Shown: positions 36,964 to 49,915 of the stretch, piece after piece
Layout of the letters: each line of letters opens with the position of its first letter
Position numbering within the stretch: position 1 is the first letter of the stretch
Origin: Psilocybe cubensis
Lineage: Eukaryota
Length of the DNA: 64,000 bases
Direction: 5' to 3'
Assembly: GCA_017499595.2 (NCBI GenBank)
Contig: CM039001.1
Span: 3,472,001-3,536,000 of the forward strand
Translations under genes and position numbers: made by a program
Notes under the pieces: model-generated
Told to the model about the DNA's origin: nothing
What the model saw: only the letters and a program-made list of their open reading frames with translations
Database searches by the model: none

Positions 36964-38116
36964 AAATAGTGACAGCATATTCCGCTCACCCTCATCCTTG
37001 CAGTACTGGCCGTCGTCAACGAGGCTCAGACGACGTGTGGAGGAACTAGTCCTGCGTGGTAAACTCTGCGGCGAACTTCGATGGTCATAGAGAGGCAGTG
37101 GTAATGGTCGGAAGAGGAGTGAGAGCAGGGTAGGTGGTGGGAGATGCATTGGCGGACTGGGTTATGTACACGAGCCAAAATAAAAGACAACATTCAGGAC
37201 CCTGCAGAACGGAGGGGAATGATGAGCCACAAGCACATGGGTTAAATGCAAGCTGATAATCGGAGAAGTGGATTGAGAGGTTTCTCATCTTGCGCTCACC
37301 TGCATCTTTTTCGAGCTGTCGAAAAAGATCTGGCCTGGCGAGTGCGAGGAGCACAACGACCTCTTCGCACAGCTTATTTCTCCACCTTAGTCATTGCATC
37401 CGGCGCCCCAATGGTCATAGATCGCGGAAAGGGGAGGAAAAGTAGGGTTTGTGCTTGTGGCTCGCAGAGCGTAAGTGTCGGTCAGGGGACATGTCCTGCT
37501 GTGCGCGCGTCAGTGTACAGGGTTGAAAGACGATTTTGAGAGCCTCTGTGGCTTCTGGTGAGAAAGGCCTTCCGTGTGAGGAAATATGGGGAAAATTTGA
37601 CGAAGCCGATAGGGGATGCTGATGCTGGGAAGACGAAAAGGCAGCCGATGGAGTAGCCTCGCGAGCCAGGCCTTCTGTGAATCTCGTCTCTTTTCTGGAT
37701 AAGGCAGGTACCGAGTGATATGTTTGTACAAATGTTGTCTTTATTTATGTCGTCAAACATTGATCGGAGTGCGAAAAGAGAGAGATTCACGACCGAGCGG
37801 AGCTCGAAATATGCTGAGTCAGAAACGACTGGTGTACGAGCCTACCGATGGAGGCTTGAAGCTTGAAGGTTTCGAGCGGAGATTGAACTGTCCAGGTCGC
37901 ATCTTATATTGGACTCGTCACTGGCAGTACACTCAGGAATGGTTATGACCCGTAACGTACTTGGAGGACGTTGATCACGTCTGCTCAATGAACAACACAA
38001 TCACAGGGTCTCTCTCTCAGTTGGCCATGAACAAATTCTTTGACGATCAAGCGTAAAGAAAATTGTAAATTGTTCCTAGATAATACATTGCCTACTAACC
38101 TCTATATTTCGGTGAG

Positions 38117-39905
38117 CTACGAGTGATGTTTCAGAGGTCGGTTGAAGAACGAACGCGATCCCGCCAAGTCAACAGCATAGGGAAATAAAAGTATGCGACG
38201 GCGCCCCCAATGATGGCAAAAATGCTTACAACAGAAAAAATTGTGATGCTTATCATTTTTAGAGGTGACATAGTGGAAGTTTCTCCTGTCGCTTTGACAG
38301 CATTGCGAGATTTTTTGTCCTTTATCTTCTTGTTCTACTCCATTGATTTAGCAGTGCTTCTAATATTAAGTGGAATTTGACAAACTTACAGTCCAAACAT
38401 GAATTTTAGAAGGCCTGTTGTCGATAAAAGACGTTGAAATGACCACGTCCCCTTGGGATGCATGAGATTTGGACTGAAAAACTGTTAGGAGGACATTATT
38501 GGTATATTGAGCGCTTACATGGACGGCGATAACATGTTGTCTACCTGTAACAAGAGGAATTGGAGGCGATTTCAAGAGGTTAAAGTGGAGACATACCCAA
38601 ATTCAATCTTCCTATAGGCAATGTCCCTTGCGTTCTATACAGGTTAATGCATCCTTTCGCTGATGGAACAGCAAGAATTTTTCCATCTTGGAAGGAAGAG
38701 ATTGCCTGAGAACAACAAGCCTCTATCTGAAATCTGATGCTGTCGGTCTTGTTGAACTGTGTGTCGTAGAGGTCAACTCCATCAAGTAAATTGAAGACAG
38801 CCAAACGATTCAAATTCTTTATGAAAATGGCGTATCCCCTACCAATGCGATGACAACCTCAGGTGTTAGCACGAAATGGATCAACAAACCAACAAACATA
38901 CAAATTGACTTACATATGGCGATTGTCAGGGGCGCCGTCTTCGTGGCCGAGCACAATCTCCTCCGTTTTTGACAAAGAGAGTGTATTTGTAGGCACATTG
39001 TCGTCGCCAATGTTGTTAATGGCATAACATTGTCTGCCATACTTAAACATCAGCAGAATAAAAGACACATAGCGGAGCTGGGACGTACACGCATGAATTT
39101 TCAAACACCCCAACTAACAGGTGTGAACCCGATGCTAAGAACGAGACAAACCTGGGCTCAGAGTAGCTGTTTGGGCTATCTAATAAATTAATTGAGGTTA
39201 AATTTCCTATATCGACGATGTCATTTTGACGAGCCAAATATCTGAATCGGAAGTTGAATGCACCATTGTTAGAAACACTCCACAGGGAAATGCACTTCAA
39301 TCCCTGTCCGAGTGACACAAGTCGCTTGGTTTCAGGACAGTAATCCATAGATTGCACAGGAACCCGTGCCGCTCCATCTCCGTGAGCCTTTTTCTTACAC
39401 CGTTCCACAAGCTAAGCTTAAGTAAATATAACAAGTTATAATCGGCATAGAGCAAAACACCAGACCTTGTTTCCCTGAAGCGCAAGTATAGCGATCCTCC
39501 CTCTTGTTGATCCCACTGCCAATAATTCCGAAGTAAGCCAGAGTAGCTCGGAAACCCCACCAAACTCCATGTCGAAGACCAGATAGTGTTGGAACTTGAT
39601 AGCATCTGAGCAATAATCATACAAAATAAGAGTACCGGATTCGGCTATGAATAGGGAGAGGTTAATGCTTTGACCAATCCCGTAAAAGATTATTGAAGCA
39701 TACTTGCGGTGACAAAAAAACTACCGCTTCCAGGTTGTATTTTTAATGTGGTCAGTCCTTGATATCGGGTGTCATACACTTTCGAGAGTGTTAGATTAAG
39801 GTCCTACAGAACACACCCCAGTTGTTAGGATTGGTTATGGTACGTGGTGCTGCCTGTACTTACATTCCTCGAAAACAAGTTAATCGCCGATAAATATTGA
39901 CCCAT
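38117..39905 (-). pseudogene. Divergent WD40-like protein with C-terminal TM helix (copy B), probably degenerate
   Basis: MGQYLS start; LKIQP, LLWLTSELLAVGSTRGRIAIL, VQSMDYCPETKRL, NLLDGVDLYD; tail ISITIFSVVSIFAIIGGAVAYFYF; stops or frameshift seen in my splice model. Confidence 0.6.
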
Positions 39906-41134
39906 GTCGAGCTCGGATTCACAATAGGAAGATACAAAATTGTTTGGGAAATTTGATGCGGGAGCACATTATGACGGGCGAGGTTCAAAAGTATAAGTAT
40001 GGATCTCAGACTCAGAAGTTATCGGACTCAGAAGTTATGGGAAGTTCCACCCTTATCCGGCACAGGGAAACGGTGCAACTAGTAACCTCCTGGCACCAAA
40101 GCGACAAAGGGTCAGGGAACAATAGCTCACAAGAACAGATCATCTCACGCCGCAGTGCCAAGCGGGCGCCTTGAATTTTCCCCACAGGTATAGGTGCGGT
40201 GATTGGACTTGTGTCCGAAAAGGAAATTATGTAACCTGCGACTTAGGTTGTGCGCGACTTACAGGCCTCACGACATCGGGGATGTGTTTTCAGACCAAAT
40301 TTTCTCTTAGGACATCATTAATTTCTTAGAAAATTCTTAAGGTATGATATGGGGAGTTTTATTTCATTGGGTCTCTCAATTTTCACTAATCGCTATACAA
40401 GTTTTGAAGCGAGCTTGAAGCAATCATAGTGGCAATCATAGTGGCAAGGTACTGTGACCCTGCCCCGCTTTTGCTCCACCTCCACCTGTGTCTTCTTGCT
40501 GACAATCCCATTTAATTGGAGCACAACGCTATCGGTGTTCTATCTTGCAGTCCTTACTGAAACTAGACTTCTTGCTTCTGAGACTAACCGTCTTCACATT
40601 GCAGATTGTGCCATGGATCTAGAAGCTGACACAATCCTGATCCAATTGAATCAAACGCCGTGACAATGCGGCCGCCTATGAAAAAGATCAAACCATTAGA
40701 ATGCACATAATATCGGATCCCTAACAATCCGTGAAAGCAGACAATTGACTTGCCTGATCAATTTTGTCCGTGTTCATTTGTTTCATTACTTTGATTGAAT
40801 TTACAGCAGTAGCTCGACCCCGCAAAGTCATTGTTCTGAAAGCAGATATAAACAACAAAAGCTGAGAGTATGCGACTTGGTTCTTTATTAAGCCTTTCTG
40901 TCCTACTCGTCCCAAATTTATCAACTTATCCACCTCCTAGAATGACATCATTTTTGAAACACCTTGTAAAGACGATAAACACCTACATCGCACTGCTAGC
41001 GGTAAGCTGAGCGGTAGGCTGACAAAATACGGGGCTCATTAATTTTCTGGCAGGAAAATTCAGTACCGGATCAAAGCCCCTTAAAAGGCCAGGTCTTAAG
41101 AGAACCGTCATCGGTTTCTCAAAAACGAAAGAGG

Positions 41135-42838
41135 ATGGACGGAGAGAAAAAAGAAATTCTACGCAAGGTATTTTAATCGTTAAGTCGTAGCTGAACTATT
41201 GTGAAGTAACACATCTTTTCAGAAGTGTCGTGTTACATCATCGATATTACAACCGGCGGCGGAGTTTCTAGACCTTCCTCACGACATCCATCATCTTATC
41301 ATAAGCCAATTTCTTGATCCTGTCGATATTCTGTCGCTCGCGCATACCTCCAATGCTCTCCGAGCTCTTTGTTATGACCTGTACCTAGAACGTCAAGGCG
41401 TCCTTCAAATTGGTATTTGTTCTGAGTCCGACATCTGCAAGCGCCACATGACTATCAGGATCACAGAATACATTCCTCGCTTAGCTCTTTTCATCCTTTT
41501 GTCGGCCCTCTCCTCTGACCATTTTTCCCGAGTTCGCGCTTGCTTGTGGATTGATCTGGCCTCTCTATATTACTTCGAAGACATGATATTCAACTTTCTT
41601 GAGGAATCACAGCTTGTTGTCGCAGGTCTTTATTTCTCATACGGCTGCAAGTCCCTTCAGGCGCTTTCCTCCGAAGTCCCAGGACAAATGAGCAGACTTT
41701 TAGCCTCAATCGGTACATCCTGCACTCTCCTGCATATCTGGGAACGATCAGAAAGCAACCGAGCCATGACCGCTATGCGTTTTTCCAGGCCCAACTCCGG
41801 GTCTAATCGTATACACAATATTCACCGTGCAGCAGACTCTGTTCTATCTATGGATTTGACACTGTCCATTTTTGATTCACCCTCAACCCGTACCCTCGCG
41901 CCGCTGTTACTCAAAGGATCATCCATCACGTCTTTAGTGCTATCTTGCGCCAACACCGCCATGCTCCTCAACATCCTTGATGAGGTACAAATGCCAGCGC
42001 TGTTGACGATGGGCCTTTTTGTTTTATCAGATGTGTCTGGAATCTCTTTCCCATCCCAATTTTTCTCTCAACATCCAACTCTACAGCGTCTAACTGTAAC
42101 AAACAGCGGCAGTGACTCTGTCAATGGCGTCCCTCAGGAATCTATTCTCAACCTTCCCCCTCTTCGTGCCATCACCATTTCATCCAATTATTATGGTTGG
42201 ACAATGACTGACGAGTCACTGCTGTCATCCGTCGTTGTTAAACCGACCAATTTTCTTTGCCCCAATAACCACATTTTCTGCGATCAGGTCCGGTTGCTTG
42301 TGAAAGCAGCCACCCGTCAGTCAAACTCATCAATCCCACACTTCCCGTTTTGTCTACACTTCCCTGGAAGGATTAGATATCATACGCGGTCATACGACGA
42401 CTGTATATGCTTTCCCCAGAGCCATGAGCAACTCGCATTCAACATTTATGCTCTGATCATTCAGCTCCCCTCCATCGTCGTTGATAATTCCAAGTCAGAG
42501 GACTGGGCAGCTTTCAGTGTATGTCCTAATAATATTTGTTCTTTAACAGTGCGTTGACACTTTATCCGTATTAGATCTACTTATCAAAGTGGCTAAGCTG
42601 GTTTCCTGACCTAAGGTCGCTTCGAATCACCTATATCAACTCTTCGGTCGACGCGGGCTCCCAACTATTGTTGGCGCAACGCCTGAAATCTCAATGTTGT
42701 ACGAATCTTCACGAGTTCGAATGCGGCACAGAAGAGGACTATACCTCATGGCATTTTCAACACAGTCATTGGATTCAAATGAGCCGGTCTCACCTTGGTA
42801 CGGTGTCGTTGCCCATGTTTGCTTGCCGTATTGAGTAG
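41135..42838 (+). CDS. F-box protein with LRR-like region (paralog 2); start uncertain
   Basis: FLDLPHDIHHLIISQFLDPVDILSLAHTSNALR; last exon IYLSKWLSWFPDL..SQCCTNL matches paralog 1. Confidence 0.8.
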
Positions 42839-43109
42839 TTACGGTTTATGGGCCGTGGTCGTCTTATCGATTTTCGCAAATCCATAAATTTTCTGCAAAC
42901 TTTTTAAAATTTATAATAATGTAAACCAAAAGTTCACTTGTGAGCGACATGACATGCGTGTTACTAAACACAAATTTCGAAAGATACTGTGGGACGAGAC
43001 GAGACTCGAACAAGGTGAAGGTACGAGCGCAATTTTGCGACTGCAGGACGCGCAGTTGCAGGAGGTGCGGGCCCTACAGCGATCTGAGCCACAAGAGGGG
43101 TGGCGAGCA

Positions 43110-43530
43110 AGGCAGAGTCGGGGACAGGAGGAAGGTCTGGGGTCTGGTGTGGTGACTGGTGGCTCCACTAGTTCTGCAAGTCGGAACCGGCTTACGGTGG
43201 ATCGGGACCCTTGGGCAATCCTCAATCTTGCGGTGGAGATATTGGGGGACAGAAGTACGAGCCTTTCCTGTGAGACCGTCGACGGACGCCTTGTTCAGGA
43301 GATCGGCATGGCACACCTGAACTGGAATGGGTAAGTTGGCACGAGCCCACTTTAGGTCGCTTAGCCAGCAATATTCCCCTCTATTTAGCAAATCCAAGGA
43401 CTGGGTGAGCGTGGTTTTTGCCAGCCTGTTATCGGGAAGCACAAGTAGGTATTTGAGATATTGCAGGACCATGAGTATCCTTCTGTACTGGATTGGCATG
43501 ATGCTCAGTGGTGCAAGTCGTGACAATTCT
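43110..43530 (-). mobile_element. Degenerate non-LTR retrotransposon fragment (post-RT region)
   Basis: IMPIQYRRILMVLQYLKYLL.LP..RLA...L..S..L...G..CWLSDL resembles Agaricomycete LINE ORF2 downstream of RT. Confidence 0.6.
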
Positions 43531-44303
43531 ACAAAAAATTGAACACTTGACTGGGATGAAAGCCTCCTGGCTGATCGAAGGTGAGCTAAGAATCATTGAG
43601 AAAACAAAGACACATTGAGAATGTGGAAAGAGGGTCTATGATCAGCGACGAGATTATCCTGAACTAGCTCAGGCTCATGAGTCGCCAGCTCTATCTAATC
43701 TGGAAATTTTATCTAATCTACTCGCAATAGAACAAGTAATTATACACAGAATTGGCTAGTCTGTACCCGTAATTTCTAGTCACATGGGTGCTAATCAGCG
43801 AGCCGGGTGCCTGTAAAACGGCAGGTCAACCGTTGCATAACTGCGTGCCCTATGATGACTTGTGTAGGACAGGGTGAGGGTCGGGTCCTTACTGCTGCTA
43901 CACACCGGGTGGCTCTATGGACTCGCAGCGGTAACGGACACCGACGACGAAGAGTGAGATCGCACCTCCTCCCTTCGAACACCCTAATAACGAGTCGTAG
44001 GGGATGTTGTATGCTAGTATATAAACTTGTTTGAGTAGATTAACCTACTATCCATGACTCTCAGGTTGTGCTTGGCCCGAACGACGTGCATAGTCGAGTC
44101 CCAGTCAGTGCCGCATGCCATTTGTCCAAGTTTCTTGGGGATAACTCTTACGAAGACTATGCACACCAGAGGAGTGTGGTTATCCCGTCATCACGACGAT
44201 AAAAAATCATCGCAATCGCCTTCGGAAGAGCTTCGCCGTCGTTGGAACTTGCACACGCCCTAGGGAAATATAGTCTGTGAGTACGTCATACATGCCACTA
44301 CGG

Positions 44304-44830
44304 CTATGCCGTACATCTGCTGCCCTCCCTCGCCAGACTCAATGAAGAAGACGCGGACAGTCTTGTTGAATGCGGATTGCATGAAAAGCCAGGATCTGTC
44401 CCGTACATTTCGGCTGGGTACTCCGGACACGGAATGCCTCGAGCATGCGCTTGGTGTGCGTTCAGTGCAAGCACTGTGTCCATTAAATATATCCATGTTG
44501 GCCTGTTAGGTGCGTCGCTCAGGTTTGTCTTGAGCTTCATAATGTTTATTGCCTTGTTTCGGGCACTTATTATAATGTCGAGCAGCTTGCAACCTCCCAG
44601 ATTAACTGATGCTAACAAGGTGTCCTCGTTCACGTTGAGGAAGGTTCTTCTTCCCCAGACGTACTTTCTTATCCGTTTTTTTATGCGAGTCTGCACTAGG
44701 TTGAGTCTGCACCCTTCGTCTCCCAGTGGTGTTAGGACCGTCTTTTTCATGTTGAATTTCGCTGTCGCAGCCGTACACCATGTGTCCAGCAGATCCATTA
44801 GCGCCACCAGGATGTCAGATGCGGCCTGAG
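44304..44830 (-). mobile_element. Degenerate L1/Tx1-like LINE RT fragment with internal deletion
   Basis: WCTAATAKFNMKKT, IRKYVW, GGCKLLDI..ARNKAINIM.LK..RPTW. Confidence 0.7.
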
Positions 44831-44983
44831 CCTCTTCAACACATTGGAAGAGCTTCGATCTCGTAAATTTGACACTCCCATGTCAACTTATGATAGGAAC
44901 TGTGTAATTATGTGGTACATACGTCTAAATAATGTACTCAAAATTAAAAAAATTAGCCCTTCCATGAAATGTCGCAGTACGTA

Positions 44984-45735
44984 TCAGGGCGTTTTTGCTT
45001 TTTGCGAACTCCTTGGCCTTGATCTCGAGGAAGTATTTTTCAACAGCCTTCGAAGAAATTCTTTAGTAGCCCAATCTTCTTCATATTGAGCCAACACAGG
45101 GCAGATATTCGTTGCCTGGTATGAACAATGCCCGGATCACGTCAAAAGTCTTGTACATGGGGGTAATCGGTGGCCAAAATCACCTCTTTCGTCAGAATAG
45201 CTAGCTGTTCTTTCTTCTGATCCTTGAGCGGCATTCCAAGGTCTAAATGCTGTTCCGCAAGGGATTTTATGGTAGCCTATTTCAACGTAAGTCAATGGAA
45301 ATAAAATGTAATTTATTGTGGAAAACCTGCCTTGACACCTGCATAGTCACCTTTAGACCATTGCAGAAACGGCTCGAATCGACCGATTGTTAAGTTGGCG
45401 GGTTTCGGGATTGACTTCATTTCGATATATTGCGCACCAGAGGTTGGCATTGACTCGTTTGCGTCGTTATGGCTCAGACCCCGATTTGTAGAAGCCGAGT
45501 TGAGTGTAGTTGCCGGTGGAACTGGGGAGGCAGTTGGCTTTGAAGGCGAATATGAAAGTGTGATGATTCTTGCTCTGGAAGGTGTTTCCTTTTCTTCTGC
45601 AGTACCGCACTGCTCGACAGACGGTTGCCTGGGCATTGAGTACAGGAATCTGTTCTTGAAATCAGGTTTCTGGGCCGATTTCCAACGAAGCATTGCAAGG
45701 TCGACGTGTCTGGGAGTTGAGTGGGCTTTGGGCAT
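44984..45735 (-). CDS. Small hypothetical helical protein, 'IPxP..LxW..YExxW' family (paralog 2)
   Basis: SIPKP..FLQWSKGDYAGVK|ATIKSLAEQHLDLGMPLKDQ..SDE|ATNICPVLAQYEEDWATKEFLRRLLKNTS; same two intron positions as paralog 1. Confidence 0.7.
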
Positions 45736-46749
45736 AACTATGTGTGTCTGACGAAAGTTGCACTGTACATTTTAAACTTTGCGATGCTATTGTTGAAAAC
45801 TTTTACTTTATTGTGAATTTTTAAGAAATAAACGTAGTGTCGCACTGCAACCTAATATTCGTCATTGCTTTGTCGACAACCATACAATAGGAATGCGCCA
45901 CCTACCGGTTACCTAGGAACCAAATGACTGCTGTAGTCTAAAAGCGTCATAATACAGATCCTCATCAGCCGGGGTACAATCCTACCACCGCCTAGCTAGT
46001 CATATACCTCCGAAACAAACATCGAGCCATGATGTCGTCAATTGATCTTTTTTAGAATCCTAGAATATTCGGAGCGGAGGCTGTGGGTACATACTCGGGC
46101 TTGAAAACCTTGATAACCTTTTGGGCACAGCTTTTGTTCCAGTGCCAAGTATGGGCGGGAAATATATACTAGTAGACCATTCCTAATAAAATAACCTTCA
46201 TATGGCTTCGACTTCGCTCTCTTCTCCTAAATCTCCAGATGGCGGGACTCGACATGATGTCGGATTCTTGATCGTTTCTAGGCCATATACGACCACATTT
46301 CAAACCATAGGAATGTATCATAAACTCGCCTACTTGTCACCAGTAGGTCGGTGGGATTTGACGGTCGACAAACTGGTTGTTTGCGTTTGGCTTGGACCCG
46401 GTTTGAACCACATTATTATATTTACAGTGTAACCTAACCTAACCCATACAAAATCACAGAACAACTTACAATCGACATCCCAGACACGACTGTATTTCTC
46501 ATATGGCCGGAAAAGAAGATTATTGTGCGGATTTCTATGTAGGTGCAGAATGGAGTGTAATGCAAGGCATATTTAACCGTATCGTCTAGCCTCAGCTTCG
46601 CAAACCCGTCAGACTTAACTACAATCGATTTGCAAAAGTCCACTCACGAGAATACGATTACACCAGACTCCAGCGTCATTTTTCATGAGCTTGTCAATAT
46701 CAACACAACACCCTGCCTCCTGTTCATCAGCCAAGTCAACAATACCAGC

Positions 46750-47151
46750 ATGGATCAAATATTCAGAAAATCAAGCATTTTCTCATTTTCAACCTATGCA
46801 CTCAACACCGTGATTGATTGTATAGCATTCTTTGAGGGACATATCGCTGATGGAGATGCACTTCATTCAGAAATTTTGAGGAAGTGGTTCGCTAATACTT
46901 CGAAGAAATTGGATGAGCAGGATCCGTCAAAATATCTATTCGACCCCACCGTGCTGCTAGTAGGTATTATAAACCACCTTAGGGCCGCCATTATCGAAAA
47001 CCATACGTTCGACATACAAGGAAAAAAGTCCATTTTGATCCCTTTCATTTTTATTCGTGGTTGGTTTAACATCTTGTCAGCTTTGCTCAAAGGCCCGGAG
47101 AAGGATAATACCGTAAAAAGGTTGCTTGATATGGGGAAACAAGATAATTAG
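46750..47151 (+). CDS. Hypothetical protein
   Basis: Protein-like ORF MDQIFRKSSIF..; no recognised motif. Confidence 0.35.
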   Translation: MDQIFRKSSIFSFSTYALNTVIDCIAFFEGHIADGDALHSEILRKWFANTSKKLDEQDPSKYLFDPTVLLVGIINHLRAAIIENHTFDIQGKKSILIPFIFIRGWFNILSALLKGPEKDNTVKRLLDMGKQDN

Positions 47152-48302
47152 CATTGAATACATGTTATTGTGGCTTCGTAACTTAAGAGCCTGAATAGCG
47201 TTATATATAGCGGTATCTTTGGTCTGATGCAAATGGCGGATTAACAAATCACACCCAAACCCGTCTTCTCCCACCCGAACTCGTGAACCTGCACAAAATG
47301 TCATACACAAGAATGCAACGCGGTCGGTTGTGGCAGTTTCAATGATACACATCTCACTTTCCATTCACCCCACTCAATAAACAATCATGCTCCACAGACA
47401 TTTTCGGCACAAGTAGTATAAAGCGCGCAGTGGATGCAAAGAATTAGATTGGTGGCGATCACTAAACCAAGAATAGACAGACCAGGTCAAGAGATGCTGG
47501 AATAAGCAAATGCTTTGATGATGGTTTCACGCAAAAATGATCCTTCAAAAATTATTGACGGCCTTATCATGCACTGAACCGATTTCGAATCTTATTGTGA
47601 TTGGCTCAATTACTATTCATACACTGGATTGGTACGCACAACCCCGATATGCGAGCCGAAACTGCTACGGTTCTCACCAGTTCTGTAATTGTTTGCATGT
47701 TTGGATATTACTGACCCTGCAATTTTTGGACCGTCGCACTAGGCTTGGTCCGGTGAGTTTCTGAGGCGTTCAACTAGAAGGGTGCAATGTGGCTGTCGGG
47801 GGCCACAGGCGATGCTTGTCATTCACCCCTGTGGCCGCTTGGCTAGCAAAATTATACACCCCTTAGTTTTGGTGAGTATGCAGTGAGAATTCCTTTTTCT
47901 AAGTGTTCTTGCCCTCTAGGTGTTCTTACCCTGTATGGGTCACGCAAATTGCAAAACTGCTGTCTGGCATGATTTCCTTTCAAACTATACATCAATGCTA
48001 GTGAGCACTGAGTAGATCTGAACCAAGGGCCGATTATAAGAGAACAGATGACTTTTTTTCTCGGCCGGTGTGTTTTGAAAAAACGTTGCTTGCGTTGGAT
48101 TAAAGCACGAGAACAATGTTTTTCTTACACGTTCGCACTAACTTGTTTCCCTGAGTTCGCGCACGCTTAAACGCAATGGCAGCGCTTACCTCATCTGGAC
48201 AAATGCACCACTAATTTGATCCTTGGGCACAAAATCATCTAGTGATTCTGAGGACATTTCCGACCCCATACATCCACTTCTCCACCACTCACTGTCGTGC
48301 CG

Positions 48303-49915
48303 ATGGACTCGGAGACTGTTCTCTTCAGACAGATATCGTCTTTTGATACGAAAGAGACCATCCAGAGCTGTTGTTTAACGTCAGATGGGTCTCAAATACT
48401 TGCTGGAGGTGTGTCCTATATTTAAATGTTGATCTGGCTTGCCATCGCTACCCACCCAATGAACCACAGGAAAAAAATCAGTAAAGGTGTGGAGAACATC
48501 CACTGGCACACTTGATCAAACCATATTTGTTGGCTCAGAAGTTACAGCGTTACATTGGGCAAATATGAGCGAACATTTTGACTCCATTTGGGTGGGATCT
48601 ATCGATGGGTCGGTCAACCTATATTATCGTCGTCGTTCAGCTCGGTCTGTCTTCAAATTTTGGACAAAGGCATGTATAGAATCTGTGCCCCATTGCCCTT
48701 GTTGACATACATTTTTCTCTGTTACAGGCTCAGCAGTTTCCTCAGTTCAACTTGGCTTTGAAATGCTCTATGTGTGGTCCCATCGAAGGGATTTCTTCAG
48801 GAGAGAACCTTGTTGCCGCGGTTGGAAATATGAACTTACAGCTATGGGAGGTCGGGGTTCGCCCTTTGGCGGCGTCTCAGCCCGAGTCCGTCTTCACTTT
48901 ATCGACACTGGACCAAATACAGCTGAAGAACCAAAGCGTCACGCGTAGTGAGATTCCCATTGGACTTTCATATTCCGTTTTAGAGCATAAGCGAATTCAT
49001 TCGGTTCATTGCCTCCGGAATGCAACACTTCTGGTGTCCTTCGTCGACTCCCATCCAGCAGGACAACAAAGTGCCTTGTGGGTGACGCGTTCTCCGGCAA
49101 ATATTTTGCTGATATTACCTTTTAGAGCCCTGTACCGTTTACGACCTTGGAGGTTTCTGCGTGCCATTGTCATTAATAGAAGGATGTGATGATACTTCTC
49201 TCTGGTGTATTGACCTATCATGCTAATGGTCTTTTTTGTAGAGGAAACTTGGACGTTAGTGAAGATCAAAGCAAAGTTGCCTTTACAAATCTTCTCAATG
49301 GCGTCGAAGCATTTTCTCTACCGATGCTTAACCACATTGTGTCGATACCACAGGACATTATTGCGAGATTTAACGTAACTATTGGTATCAATTATTTTGA
49401 CAACGAAACGGTGGTTGTCGGAGATGGTGGTTGTTTGTCTATTTATCACATTTCCACGAAGACCGTAATGCATCGACTACAGGGCCTCTTGCAAGAAGGT
49501 AAGACCTGACTTTCATGGTTAAGTGGGTGTACTCACCAGGCCATGGAATGTCGACTGATTTTGAACAAAGATGTCTATCGTAGCATTGATGTAAGTGTGA
49601 CTTTGCCACAACTCTATTATAAATTATCAAGTCGGCTCTTTACTAGGTCTCTTTTCAACATCATACTCTCGTCGGGGGATCGAATTCGGGGATGATCACG
49701 GCCTGGAGGTGGGAAAAGGTGCTTCTTGATAGCACGTTGATCCCGTCTGTGAACTGACAACATGATAGATTTCTCCAGTCAAAAATGAGGGGATAACGGT
49801 GTATCCCAAAGGCTTTTTTACTGCTTTGTTTTGTTTTTGCGCCACTGTTATTTTTCTGTTCCTATTTCCAGCAGCATCTGCTTATTACCTACACCATATG
49901 TTAGGAATCTCATGA
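48303..49915 (+). CDS. Divergent WD40-like protein with C-terminal TM helix (copy C)
   Basis: VKVWRT, VTALHW, IWVGSIDGSVNLY, LQLWEV, TNLLNGVEAFSL, GGSNSGMITAWRW; tail GFFTALFCFCATVIFLFLFPAA. Confidence 0.7.
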
